64,000 bases of DNA from Hamiltosporidium tvaerminnensis FI-OER-3-3 (taxonomy: Eukaryota; Fungi; Microsporidia), in contig CM061249.1 in the NCBI GenBank assembly GCA_022605425.2, positions 1,113,746-1,177,745 of the forward strand, given 5' to 3'. The first letter of the stretch is position 1; each line of letters starts with the position of its first letter. The position numbers and the translations under genes were made by a program. The notes under the pieces are model-generated. The model saw only the letters and a list, made by a program, of their open reading frames with translations, did no database searches and was not told where the DNA came from. Below are positions 24,491 to 36,989 of the stretch, in pieces.

Positions 24491-26110
24491 TTATTCATTA
24501 GGCAAATCTATAAACTCGACTTCTTTTACATGCTTCAATGTTTTTAATGTATCCGTCGATTCTAAGAAACATGTCTTGTATAAATCGAAAAAAACATTGA
24601 ATATCTCAGAATTGCCAAATATTTCGTTTTTTACTTTCTGCTTTAAATTTTCGGATTTTATATTCTTCAATAATTCGTTTTCCAAGAACGGGAAGAGTCT
24701 GGAATCTAATTTATATAAAACAAAAGTAATATGAACATCAACTGAAATATTGATCAATGTATTGTAAAGACCAATTGATATTTCTGTATTTAAGGGCTCT
24801 ATTTTTTTTATTGCTTTAAAAATACCATCTATCAATTTTCTAAGTTGAGATTTCTTTTCAGATGTATCTTTTGCAACAAAGATTTTATAAAAATATTTTT
24901 CATCGACTTTTTTGATGAAATATCCCAAGAAAACCACTAATGAGGGCTCTGATTGAAGAATAACAGTCATATTGATTCTCCTTGACATATTTAAAAAATC
25001 AAAAGTAGGCATTTCGGTTTCACTAAAAAAGATATTGAATCTTGGAAATATGCAATTCGTAAATGAATCATTTAACACATTCCATGAATAATGGCTAGAA
25101 TAAATGCTCAACATAGACTGGTTTAACCTGTCAAATGGATTCCTAAACCCTCTAAAAAGAGATTTCCGGAATCCAAACAATCCATTCCTCCTAATTAAAT
25201 TCATTTTATGTTCATCGATATCTTTGTAGTTGTTCTCAAACAAATTTTGCGGAAAATTCCACTTTTTAGCAGAATAAATATTCCTAATTGATTTAAAATA
25301 CACTTCCGATTTTTTATTCTCCTTACGTGCTTCACTTAATTTACTGGAACCGAGAATACGAGAAAGCGGTGAAAGTCCAAGAACTCCAGTATTGACCTGT
25401 AAAAAAAAGGACACATAAAAATGCGCAAATTGAACAAAAATAAATTCTTCTAATTCTTTATTCTCTGAAATAGCTCTAATTATCTCGTCAATTTCTTTCA
25501 TTTTTCTTTTTGGGTTTATTGGTGTTTGGCTCAGAATTTTACCGCCTACTGCTACATCTATCGGATATTTAACAAGAAGATCTTTAAGTGAATTTTCCAA
25601 AACCTTACTAGACTTTGACCATTCATTTCGGTCCCAATGGTTTAAATGTACCAAGTCTAAGCATAACTTTAATATATAATTTTCGATCATTCCTAGACGC
25701 TTAGTATAATAGGTTTCATATAATTCATGCTCCGAAAAGTATTTTTTTTCGCCTTTTTGAATGCTATAACGGATAGTTTGAACGGCAATTGTATTTGATT
25801 CCTCGTGGCTGTTATTTATAAAGTTCCTAGAATATTCGAAAAACGCTTCTAGCCGTGGTTCATAATATATCGCATATTCTATCAAATACTCAGAGACATT
25901 GGAATATACAACATGTGCAGTATTTTCATCGTCACATGATGTATCAACTTCTTTTGATTCTTGTATTTTGTTTAATACACTCTTTTTCTTTTTACTTAGA
26001 ACAGAACACAGCAAATATATAAAACTAAGCAATTGTTTTTTATAAAACATGGCTAGGATTAAATTTAAAAAATATAAATAAAGAACGAACATATTTACTA
26101 AATATGGCAT
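24491..26110 (-). CDS. Secreted-protein family copy C (539 aa)
   Basis: Intact ORF with a hydrophobic N-terminus followed by KKKK. Its body and ~310-bp 3' flank (24178-24490) match copy A (2216-2529). Its upstream region matches copy B. Confidence 0.9.
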   Translation of the reverse strand: MPYLVNMFVLYLYFLNLILAMFYKKQLLSFIYLLCSVLSKKKKSVLNKIQESKEVDTSCDDENTAHVVYSNVSEYLIEYAIYYEPRLEAFFEYSRNFINNSHEESNTIAVQTIRYSIQKGEKKYFSEHELYETYYTKRLGMIENYILKLCLDLVHLNHWDRNEWSKSSKVLENSLKDLLVKYPIDVAVGGKILSQTPINPKRKMKEIDEIIRAISENKELEEFIFVQFAHFYVSFFLQVNTGVLGLSPLSRILGSSKLSEARKENKKSEVYFKSIRNIYSAKKWNFPQNLFENNYKDIDEHKMNLIRRNGLFGFRKSLFRGFRNPFDRLNQSMLSIYSSHYSWNVLNDSFTNCIFPRFNIFFSETEMPTFDFLNMSRRINMTVILQSEPSLVVFLGYFIKKVDEKYFYKIFVAKDTSEKKSQLRKLIDGIFKAIKKIEPLNTEISIGLYNTLINISVDVHITFVLYKLDSRLFPFLENELLKNIKSENLKQKVKNEIFGNSEIFNVFFDLYKTCFLESTDTLKTLKHVKEVEFIDLPNE

Positions 26111-26828
26111 TTATAACCAGATATGGAATATTAAATGATTTTTAATAAAAAAATTTGTTCTTTTTGGAATTTTTCTAAAAATAGTAAAAAACATAAATGT
26201 TTAAAAAATTTTTAGAAAAATTCTCTTTTATTTTGATAAATAAATTTCAAAGTCTAAAAAAGAATATTTTCATTAATTTGAAACGTATAACTCTATTCAA
26301 CCATGTAATAGTGTTATTTTTTTTATTTTATCTTTTTGTTAAATTTATCGTGTTTCACACAAATTATTTAATATTTATAATTTTTTACAAACAGAAAAAA
26401 TATAAGTAACGCACTTTTTACTGTATCAAATAACTACATCATTAGTTATAGAAAATATTAAATCAAAAATTCATTTATTTCACAAATATAAGTCTAGTAT
26501 ACTAAAAGAAAATTTGTGCTTTTATGATTCATATTTTAGCGTTTAAATTGAATTGAAAGTCGTTTTTAGATAAATCAATATATTTAACGTCGGAATTCGT
26601 GAATTGGATTCCGTTTTCAATATGAATATGCATTTTTCGGTCAATATAATTATTTATAGCCAAACTGGGTATCGTTTGACTATAATATATTCCTGATTTG
26701 GTGGACTTGATTCGATAATCATTCTCGATCATAGAGATTGGTTTTATCCCTGTTAAAGTTCTTATATTTAGTCATAAATCTATTAGCTCCTCGTTTTGCT
26801 TGAATCAGAATATTAGAGATTTGGTTTA
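26111..26828 (-). repeat. Duplicated upstream block of copy C, including a 67-codon ORF (26529-26732) that is disrupted in the copy B block
   Basis: Reverse complement of 11255-12224. The copy at 11352-11552 has GGA>TGA and a small deletion. Confidence 0.88.
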
Positions 26829-29800
26829 AAATTAATTATAACTTTTCAAATATTCGTTAATGTTTATTGCATCTCAAATGGATTTGCTAATATCTTTGAA
26901 TTAGTTTACATACTACTACAATTTATAGCCTTTATGTTTGTTGATCGATTATTATTTGTACATAAATCTAAGAATTTTTTTATGAGATTTTTTAACTATT
27001 ACTACAATATTAAAAATTTTTTATGTGATTAACACATTAAAATATTCTTATTTATAACCTTTGTTCACTAGGATAATATTTTTTTTCATTTAGATTGTTT
27101 ATATATATTCTTTCTTATTTAATCATAATTATATTTAAAAATTTATTTGACTCATTATAATTTATTCTGCATTTATTACTGTTTATCATCGATTTCAAAA
27201 GATTTTAGACATTTTCATCATAAAATATTCTTAATATGAGTTAAGTAATTTGGTTTAAAAATAAAAACTTTTTTCAAAATTTAATTCTATCACTTTCCCG
27301 TAAAAGATATAAAAAATTAAGATAAATTCACAGGAAAAAAAATGAATTTTCGAAGAAATATGTAATTTTATTTAAAAAAATAAGAGAATTCCTCAGAAGA
27401 AACAAGGCTATAATCGAGAATTTGAAAGAAATGTGATAGTCATTGAATTCAAGATTCCGCTATATCGATTGTGAAAGTTGAAAACTTAAAGTATTGCTAG
27501 TTTGATAATAGAATAAAAAAAAATGCAATCAATCGCATAAATTTTTGCAATTAGATCTTTATCTTTATTGGTGTTTTTTTTGAAAATTCGAGTGAACTAG
27601 CTTGATATGTGTTATAATGCATGTTTTAATATAAGGTAATAATTTACAATATCTTTAAATAGATATTAACTTGATTTCTCAGTGGTGATATTATGGATTC
27701 TATTTTCGCCGTGCCTTTATTATTAACCGTTTAAATTAATACAAATTAAGGTTATTTGTCAAGAAATTCTAAAAAACTAAATAGCTTTGAAATAAAAAAA
27801 ATTGCAAAGAAAAACTTAAATAGAATTCTTTAAAATACATAAAGAAATCTAGTATTTATACAAGTAAATCTAAAGATATGAATAATATAAATAAATATTA
27901 ATTTAAAATATAACTAACGCCTAACCTTAAATTGGAATTTTGAAAAATTTTTAAATTTTTTCTCGTTTAAATATTTTTCTCGTAATCTTTTGCTAATTAA
28001 ATGATGATAATTCGAAACCAAACTACGTGTAAAAAAACCTGAAAAAAAGTGTTCATTAATTGTAGACTTTAGTAATTCAATAAGGTATGTGTGTCTATGT
28101 TTAAAAAAATTAAAAATCAATCTTTTTAATTGAAAAGTAAAAGTTTGATCCAAATCGCCTTTTTTGATTAAAAACCAAACGTACAACCATTCATGTAACA
28201 TATCTAATTAAAATCGTGACAATTTATCTAAAATTTCAGAAAAATAGAGATAATAATACAAATCTTTAAATAAGTGTTCTGGTCCAAGAAGAAGTATTTA
28301 AAGAAGTGTTTACTAAATCTTCTTGTGATAAACATTTAAAATAATCTAATCGAGGCGAGAATCATCGTATAAATTATCCTCGTTATAAGTTATTTTTTTA
28401 ATAATTTTGTAAAACGACTAATTTATTTTTTTGTTTAAGATGACTTCAATTTTTGTTACTATAGAACAGATAATTCAGAACATTTAATGAAATCTTTTTT
28501 GTATTTTTAATATGCATATTTTTCAAAATAAAATTCTTTAGATTATATTTTTTGTAAGCAAAGCAGATTTGTAGTAATAAACCTATGATATGGTTAATTG
28601 ATTATCATTAGAAGTACTTAGACTTAGACTATCAATAAATTAAATCGTTTAATATTTAAAAAAAATGTAAACACACTTAGATTCTCAAAATCATTATAAA
28701 ATCTCTAAATAGAAGCCGAAATACTGGATATAGATAATGATGAAAAAAATATGCTTTACTAATCTGAGAACTAATAAAAATAAATTGTTGGTTTACTATT
28801 CGACAAAAAGGAATTTAATGGATTGAAACGACTTCTATATAATTCTTTATATTTCATAATATTACATTCCAGCATGATGCAACTAGAAATTTGTTATTGC
28901 TTTTTAAGGTATATTTTACATTTTTTAGCAAAAGCAAATTTTGCTCTTCTGTCTGTTTTTTTATTCTAAGATATGAATATATTATCATTTCGAAATTTAC
29001 CTTCCGATGATCTACATATTTTTGAAAAAAATATTGATTTCTGCGTTTTTTTTAGAGTGACAAACAGATACGACTTAAACAGCTCCATAACCTGCTAAAA
29101 TGTAAATTTTAACCATTTCGCATTTTAATTGATGACTATTAGTTCTTCTGAAACGAATAAACCAGCAGTCCTACAAGAAAACTTAAAAGTGGTTTGATGA
29201 ATTAAATAAAAAGACAAGATTAAAAAAAAGGTGAAAAAATAGCAAAAGTGACGTTATATGGTCTTTTGAAATAATCAAAGTGGCGTATAATTAATGCAGA
29301 ACGGTAAATTTTCCATATTAAGATTGTTTTGAAACAGTGAAAGTAATAGAAAGCGTCTCAGAGAATCTCTCGAAATAATTTGAAATGTAGTGTTTAATAA
29401 TTTGCAAAGTAATATCAAGTATTCTAGTTAAAAAGAAGTTTTGGAAATGAATCTTAAGAAGTTTTACTTGAAAATATAATTTCAATGTATACATTCAATC
29501 GAGATACTCAAAGAATAAATGCTTTTTTTTATTCTAAAATATTTTTACTTAATATTAAATACAGTTATATGATAAATTTATGAATAAAAGATCTAAAAAA
29601 AGTACAATCGTTACAAAAACTTAAAATTTTGCTAAATATAATAATTTATTAGAAAAATTTACATATATTCCAAAAATCGAAGCGAACATGGATTTAAAAC
29701 AAAAAAAAATATTATAGCTAAGAAAATATAAAAAGAATGAATATACTTGACTATTTATTATAATATAAATTAAAAATTTCCTAAAAATCTAAATATTTAA

Positions 29801-30189
29801 ACTCATTCTATATCAGTTTTTAGTTGTAAGCAATATATATTTAAAAAAAGAAAACTTATATGTTACATTCTACTTATTATTACCTAACGACATTTGAACA
29901 AGTAAACAAACATTTCACTTTTAAATACATCTTTAATAAGAACCATCATTTTACCAATTTTATCAATAATATTTATCCTATTTATTAGTCCCCGCAGAGA
30001 TAATCATATAAATATAATGAAACTATAAAAACTTGAAATTAAATATTTCTATTTTCAGATATACTTGTTTATTTAAATATATCGAATAATTTAATATATT
30101 AAATATTAGTAAATATGAATTATCAAAAATAATATTTCTTATAACTTATTTTTTAATTCATAAATAAAAATTACAGATATTAAATTATT

Positions 30190-30321
30190 TTGATTATTCT
30201 CTTAAATTATTTATATTTGATGTAGTATTTTACTCTTAAATTATATTATATTTGATGTATTCTTTTACTCTTAAATTATATATATTTGATGTATTCTTTT
30301 ACTCTTAAATTATTTATATTT
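30190..30321. repeat. ~34-bp tandem repeat (about 3.5 units) upstream of RPA3
   Basis: tactcttaaattat(a/t)tatatttgatgta(g/t)t(a/c)ttt is repeated. Confidence 0.85.
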
Positions 30322-30374
30322 CCCTACAAAAAAACCAAAATATATTCTATAAATATTCGTGATAGAACCCATAC

Positions 30375-30668
30375 ATGTTTATAAATAAAGATTCTCTTAA
30401 AAATCATATCAATGAGACAGTACAAATTATTGGAAAGGTATCAAGAATAGAACCGCCTCTTATATTTCTAAATACACCAGAAGGGGATATAAAAGTAACT
30501 TTTGTAAATCTACATAAATATACTAAAAGTTATATTTGTGTGACAGGAAAAGTACAACAAGATCTTACAATACAAGAAATACATGTTGATCATATGGGAG
30601 ATAATTTTGATGTGGAAGTTTATGAAAGGTTTTGTAAAACTATTCCTTCTTTTCCTGAACTTTTCTAG
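30375..30668 (+). CDS. RFA3: Replication protein A 14-kDa subunit (RPA3/RFA3, OB fold)
   Basis: 97 aa; INKDSLKNHINETVQIIGKV...VTGKVQQDLTI...MGDNFDVEVY fits the RPA3 pattern. CCC motif just upstream of the ATG (aacccatacATG). Confidence 0.8.
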   Translation: MFINKDSLKNHINETVQIIGKVSRIEPPLIFLNTPEGDIKVTFVNLHKYTKSYICVTGKVQQDLTIQEIHVDHMGDNFDVEVYERFCKTIPSFPELF

Positions 30669-30714
30669 TAAATATTCGTTATAACGAATTGATAAATAAA
30701 AATAATTTTATAAT

Positions 30715-31075
30715 AATTTAACACCCCTTTAAAATATAGGTATTTTTATCATAATTTAACACCCTTTAAACAACAATACGTTTATCATAATTAAACACCC
30801 TTTAAAACAACAGTATTTATTAGTAATCTAACCCCCTTTAAACAACAATGTTTATGTAGTAATTTAACACCCTTTAAACAACTAGAATTTTCTATTATAT
30901 TAAACCCCTTTAAAATAATAGTATTTAACCAGTAATTTAACACCCTTTAAAATAATAGTAGATTATATATAGATTAACACCCTATAAAATAATAGTATTT
31001 AATCGGTAATTTAACACCCTTTAAAACAATAGTAGATTACTCATAAATTAACACACTTTAAAATAATAGTATTTT
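30715..31075. repeat. AACACCC minisatellite, ~36-37-bp period, about 10 units
   Basis: taatttaacaccctttaaa(a/c)aa units between two convergent genes. Confidence 0.9.
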
Positions 31076-31078
31076 TAT

Positions 31079-31528
31079 TTATGTAGAGGTAGGCAGTCTT
31101 ACATAATTTCCATGTTCCTCCCCTTTTCTCAGTTGGTAACCAAGCGCACCTGCTATAACAGCTATCAAAAGTATAACAAGCACCCTTGTTATAGTAATAG
31201 AAGACATAAAATCTTTAAAATATTTTCTTATACTTTTAAATGTACTACCTTGTTTTTTATGTTCTGTATCCGTATTAGGAGTATTGTCAGTAGAAAAATT
31301 GTATGTCATTTTGTGTGGAACAAAATTGTAATTGTCTTTATCTGTAAATACGTCTGAATTAAAACGAGTAATAAAAATATGCGGAACAAATCTTCTTACA
31401 ATGACTGGATTGTCATGGTAAGAAGGATAGGAATCTTTTTGTTGCGAAGGAATAAAGAAGCTTTGAGATAAAGCATTTGTAAATGCAAAAGCTATGAAAA
31501 TTAGAACTGTTGTAAAAATCATTGACAT
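31079..31528 (-). CDS. Small type I membrane protein (signal peptide, C-terminal TM, YVRL tail)
   Basis: N-terminal MSMIFTTVLIFIAFAFTNA; TM VLVILLIAVIAGALGY; short cytosolic tail with a YxxL motif. Confidence 0.75.
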   Translation of the reverse strand: MSMIFTTVLIFIAFAFTNALSQSFFIPSQQKDSYPSYHDNPVIVRRFVPHIFITRFNSDVFTDKDNYNFVPHKMTYNFSTDNTPNTDTEHKKQGSTFKSIRKYFKDFMSSITITRVLVILLIAVIAGALGYQLRKGEEHGNYVRLPTST

Positions 31529-31629
31529 TTTTGTTTTGAAAGAAAATTTCTTTAAATAAATAAACTGAAACTTTGTTTCGGTTTTGATACTGTTTTAATA
31601 CAAACAGTTAGAAACATGGAGATATATAT

Positions 31630-31980
31630 TTAGGGTGTTAATGATATGACTGTGTGTATAAAGGGTGTTAATAATAAGGGTTGTGAATAAAGGGGTTTTA
31701 ATCATAAGAGTGTATTAGTAAAGGGGTGTTAATAATATAAGCATATTAGTAAAGGGTGATAATAATATCGTATGTCAAGAAAGGGTGTTAATGATATGGT
31801 GAGTAAATAAAAGGGTGATAGTATAAAGGTACTAAATAAGAAGGTAGATCAACAGTATAGTATCTATGGGGGTGTTAATGACAGTACTTATACTTAAAGG
31901 GTGTTAACAAATAATAAAGTTTTTATTGGGGTGTTAGTAACTGTACTAATACTTAAAAGTGTTATTTGATAGATGTGTTA
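31630..31980. repeat. GGGTGTT minisatellite, ~29-30-bp period, about 12 units
   Basis: aaagggtgttaat core recurring at ~31633, 31663, 31691, 31725, 31754, 31783, 31813, 31871, 31899 and 31929 with variable spacers. Confidence 0.85.
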
Positions 31981-32792
31981 ATTAAAGCCAGCAAAACTTT
32001 AGCAAACCAACTATAAGATTATCTCCTGTAAAATTAAAACGGTTAAATTATGGTAAATTTGGGCATTTAATTTAGTTTTTATAATTTAATTAGATAAACA
32101 AAGTTTATCTATTTTGTAATGACACGTAATATTTCCCTGAATTTTATAAGTCCTATACTCCTTTAATTCAATATAAGAATGTAAAAAAAAGGTGGAAATA
32201 TGATTACTGCGAGTAAAATAATGAGAATTCTAATACTTACAAATATTGTTTTGGTTATTATAATAGCATCTACTGTGCCTTTTATTGTTGTGAATTTTAT
32301 AAGGTATTTTAAACATTAGTTTTGAGGTTGAAGAGGTGTTTGGAAAGTTATTGCTGGTTTAATGATTGTTAGAATATGAAAAATTTGTAAATAAAACAAT
32401 ATATTTTGAAGAGTAACCGTCTTTTACTATTACAATCTTAGGAGTTAGAGTATTGAAGAAAGTATGAAGGGTGTGTTTTAATAAAGCAACTATTTAAAAT
32501 ATTTATTTTTAGACTATTGGGTTCTAAGATTTAAATAAATTTTGATACCGAATGAAGAAGAAAACTGTGTGAGCAATGGAAACAAATATAATTCAGGTAA
32601 GAACACTAAAAATCTACAGCGGAAGGTTGTTTAGTATAGAAAATAATAGAAGGAAATTTGTTTTAAAGTGAAGGTAAAAACATGAAGATTTATGATTAAA
32701 AATATTTTATTTTATTTGTTTTATGCAGGGGAAATTAAATAAATTAAAAAAATATAGAATAAATTATATCTATATTAAATATATTAAAATAT

Positions 32793-33392
32793 TTACACTT
32801 TTATTCTAATTAAGTCTACTTCTATTGCAACGTTTTTCTTTTTATGAAATGAATATGTAGAAGGTAGATCATATTTAATACACGCAATCGCTTCTGCGGA
32901 GGGAAATCTTTTCAAAATAAAAGATCTTGTACTGCTTTTGTGCAATGAATATACAGTATCAGAAAGATATAGGGCACTTTCGAGTGCCCTTGTATCTGCA
33001 TGTGCTTGTTTTGTACCAAATGGTGGATTCATAAATACAACATCAAACTTTTTATAAGAAAAAGGCAGCCTTGTAAAATCCATCCGAAGCATAGAAACAT
33101 TTTCAATATTTAAATTTAATATATTATCTCTACAACCCCTCAGAGCATTCATACAAACATCTGCACACGTTATATGGAAAGGATTAAAAAACGAAATACC
33201 ATAAGTCAACATACCTGTCCCACAACACATATCTAATATATTTTTATTTTGTATATCATCATATCTAACATGTGCAGTATAAATTATAGATGCTGCTATA
33301 TCAGGAGGTGTTATATATTGTTCTAAATTTATATTAGGATTTTCAAAACCTTTAACTTCTTGTAATTTACATTTTATTTCTTTTAATTTCAT
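32793..33392 (-). CDS. METTL5: rRNA N6-adenine methyltransferase, METTL5 family
   Basis: FENPNINLEQYITP, SAM motif DMCCGTG, catalytic NPPFGT, VYSLHKSSTR, YDLPSTYSFHKKK, IEVDLIR. CCC motif upstream (aacccatATG). Confidence 0.93.
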   Translation of the reverse strand: MKLKEIKCKLQEVKGFENPNINLEQYITPPDIAASIIYTAHVRYDDIQNKNILDMCCGTGMLTYGISFFNPFHITCADVCMNALRGCRDNILNLNIENVSMLRMDFTRLPFSYKKFDVVFMNPPFGTKQAHADTRALESALYLSDTVYSLHKSSTRSFILKRFPSAEAIACIKYDLPSTYSFHKKKNVAIEVDLIRIKV

Positions 33393-33733
33393 ATGGGTTA
33401 TTTAGTGCTCAAACAAAAACGAAAAGAATATGTCAGGGTTATCCCATTCTTCTTTGGATTTCGAGAAGATATTTAAAATAAAATAATTTTAAAAGAAAAT
33501 TTCTACTTTTAGAAAATAATTTCCTCATTTAAAAATTTATATTTAAAATAAAATAATTTTACTGAAAAATTTCTACTTTTATAGGATAATTTCTTCATTT
33601 AAAAAAATTTATATTTTAATGAAAAAATTTGTAAAACAAATTTAATTTTAAAGAAATAAAAATTATTAAAATGTGAAAATAAAATATTTTCAAAAATTCC
33701 TAATATTGAATTGAATATTTAAAAAAAGAAAAT

Positions 33734-34561
33734 TTATTTTTCTTTAAAACGTATAATTCCTTCCTGTATTGCAGTAGCCATCAATACATTTTCAGAATTT
33801 AAGAGATGACCGATGCAGAGTGCTTTGGAATTATGAAATTTTAAACATTCTACGAGATAAATAAATTCACCAGAATATCCTTTTTCAAAGGAATGGAAGT
33901 ATAATGTGTGATCAATAGAGGCACACATAGCGATATCAGGAGAAAGAATATTTTTATTCAGTGGAATTAGTGCTGGTTCTATGAGCATAAAATCACTGAC
34001 AAAAGCCATGATACAAGAAATATCTGAATATTCTTCAAAATTCTCTTTAATTTTAATTTTTATCTGTCTTTTATTGTTTTTAGGTTCGCCTATAAAAATA
34101 TCAAAATTTTTTTTAAATTCTGAAAGGTGTAAAAGGAGTGAATGGTTGGCTTTTGGAAGAACACTTTCAAAATATGCAGTCAGCTCTGTAAATCTATCTT
34201 CATAAATTTCAAATTTTTCACTTTGAAATTCGTATTTAGAAATTTCTTCCTTTGAAAAACTTGCTTCCATCGTAACTATGGTATCATTTTCTTGTTTACC
34301 TGTGATTCGCTTTGAAACCAAAGTTTTACCACTTCTAAGATCCTCTATCTCATATTTAATCACTTTCGAATTGATTCCTGGTTTATGAAAATATATATGA
34401 AGTGAGTGTGGTCTGAAATCTTTATTCAGCGTTCTTAAAGCAGAATTGAGTGCCTGTGCAACAATTTGACCCCCAAAAACAGCAGAACCGGGAAATGGTG
34501 TCCAAAGATTTTCAGATTCATACCATTCTTCATTACAGTTGTTTACTTTTATAAAATCCAT
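33734..34561 (-). CDS. Acyl-CoA thioesterase II (TesB/TES1/ACOT8 family, double hot-dog fold)
   Basis: VFGGQIVAQAL, HSLHIYF, LRSGKT, AFVSD, ASIDHTLYFH, QEGIIR. Confidence 0.92.
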   Translation of the reverse strand: MDFIKVNNCNEEWYESENLWTPFPGSAVFGGQIVAQALNSALRTLNKDFRPHSLHIYFHKPGINSKVIKYEIEDLRSGKTLVSKRITGKQENDTIVTMEASFSKEEISKYEFQSEKFEIYEDRFTELTAYFESVLPKANHSLLLHLSEFKKNFDIFIGEPKNNKRQIKIKIKENFEEYSDISCIMAFVSDFMLIEPALIPLNKNILSPDIAMCASIDHTLYFHSFEKGYSGEFIYLVECLKFHNSKALCIGHLLNSENVLMATAIQEGIIRFKEK

Positions 34562-34628
34562 AAAGGATAGAAAATAATGTTTTCAAATATATTTTATATT
34601 GACAAATTAAAATTTAATTTGTTTTTTT

Positions 34629-34710
34629 GACCAATAAGAACAGAATTATGAATCGACCATTTGTTATTCTTTTTATAAATTTGAATATACATATTTTTAC
34701 CGACCAATGG
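34629..34710. promoter_or_regulatory. Two candidate CCAAT boxes upstream of the thioesterase gene
   Basis: GACCAATA at 34629 and GACCAATG at 34702, 70-145 bp from the ATG; these match the NF-Y core only. Confidence 0.3.
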
Positions 34711-36989
34711 GATGATAACAAAAACATGTCATTTTAGTATTTTTTGTTGAATAATATCAATTTCTCCGATATAATGAAATTCTTTGAATTTTTAGTGCAC
34801 TCAGAGAACAAATCAACTCCAAAATTATACAATTACAATTTATTTAATATAAATATTTTGGGCTAAAACAAGAATATACGAGGGTTTTGATGATATACTA
34901 TAAAAATTTTACCCTTCATTTTCAAAATAAATAAAGTTTAAGTTTTTAGGACAAATTAGGTGTCTTTTTATTTAAATATCTAGAGATTGATTCAAGAGAA
35001 TAAGAATGTTTAACAGAGTAAACAATGGTGTTTAAAATTGAATTATACAGCTTGAATTTTTATTTTCGATTGGAAATAAACTATCATTATACAAAATGGG
35101 GTATGAATCACCTAAAAATACTCGCTTAATTTTTTAAACAGGAAAACTTAGGGAGTATGGTTTATTTGCTTATGATACTCTTATAATTTACAAAACTGTG
35201 GCAGAAAATCTCTTATATTATGACCTGGGATGGTATTGTGACAAATTATCATAAGATATATCTTAGAGGACCCCGAATACCACTAAGAAGGATGTCTTGA
35301 TTTGGTTTGTAATACTCAAAAATACGGTTGAAACCATATATTTTGATTGCAGGGACTTTGAATTAAGTAAATCCCAGAAATAATTCAAAACAAAAAGCAT
35401 TACAGAACCTGCCATAGGGTGAAACGTTAAACACGAAAAAATCTTCTAAAAAATGTAACAATTTAAGAAGTTTAATTGAACTTTACATTCAATTTGCGAA
35501 ACCCATTTTCTTTGAACATCATAGAATTATTTACAAAGTCAAAATATATAAAAATGTCAAATATAAAGGAATTTACCCAAAAACAAGAAATAATTACAAT
35601 AAGGCACATAATTATTCAGTTAGATCCTACAAATTTATTTAAATTTAATTTAAATTTATACTATGAGCAACCAAATAGAATCTATTTTCTATCTATTAAT
35701 TTTTTAAAAGAATATATTTAAATTATTTAAAAAAACTCATATTTAGTAAAATAAAATAAAAGTATAAAATCAAATAGATCAATAATAATTACAATTTTGA
35801 CTTTAAAATTCACAATATTTCCTGTAAATATAATTGTATGAACGTATAAAGTAGAAAAAAGTAAGGAAGTTTAAATAAACATAATTATGGATTTTTTGAA
35901 TGCTTAATATATAATATTAAATATTAATGTAGCTATAAAAATCATAGTACAATTAATATTCTTTAAAAAAATGAATCAAAACAAAATATAATTTAAATAT
36001 ATCACGGTTTTCATAAAGATATTTTATATATTAATTTTATTTGGTATTTCTAAGAGGATGTGACTGTATTTTTTTTAAAAATCTTACCGTATTCATATAT
36101 TTTTCAAGCCTAATTTAAGAGAATTCTCTAAAATTTACTATTTTTGTATCTTTACCTATTGTGGTTGCTTTATTGCTTATTCATACTTACGAAATTGGAA
36201 TTAGAATAAAAACTGGCCTTAGTTATTTTAGTTTATGACATATAAATATTGCATCAATTTCAGGTTTGAGGAAATACTATTTTGTATGAAAGTATGACAT
36301 ACTTGGTTTTAAAATATATTGGTTATAGATCTCTTAAATTCATTAATATTAGAAAGATAAAAAAATTGAAAAAGAACTGATATTTCAATTTTATCATATT
36401 TATAAACACAAATATCTATTGTAATGGTGTTTTATACACCAGGTATAGAGGGAATATATTCGATTAGCGGTAAATAGATTCAAAAGTCATTTGGATTCGA
36501 TTTTAATAAAAATATAATCAAAATTTAAAGAAAAAACTATGATTCACTTGCGAATTATGCCGTACGCTTGAAATAAAAACAGATTAAAAATATAAAATAT
36601 GATTTGCTTAAACCTTTTAGAATTTATTAAAAAATTCGTTAAATTGAGAATATATATCGGTTTAAATCAAATTTATTTTTTATTGCGCGCAATTAGAATT
36701 AATAGTTTAATTTTTAAAATTACTTAGAAAATTTAGATTCTTTTATAAAAAAATAGTGCTATCAGCTGTTTTTCAATTCAATTTTATATTATAAATAGCG
36801 ATTACAACTTTTCATCATTAAAAAATTAAGTATTAATTTGTAAAAATAACATAATTAAAGAAAAGATTGATTTTAAAAAAGTTTTTGAATTATAAGAGAT
36901 TGATTAACTGTATTCAATTCTATAAGTAAGCAATAATAGGTTTTAACAGAAATATTTATAGAATATATATCCATCCCATCTTGTTAACA

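Noticed and set aside
30715-31980. CRISPR-like appearance of a periodic core with variable spacers
   Set aside because: The core is only 7-13 bp, spacers are related AT-rich sequence, the context is eukaryotic and there are no cas genes.
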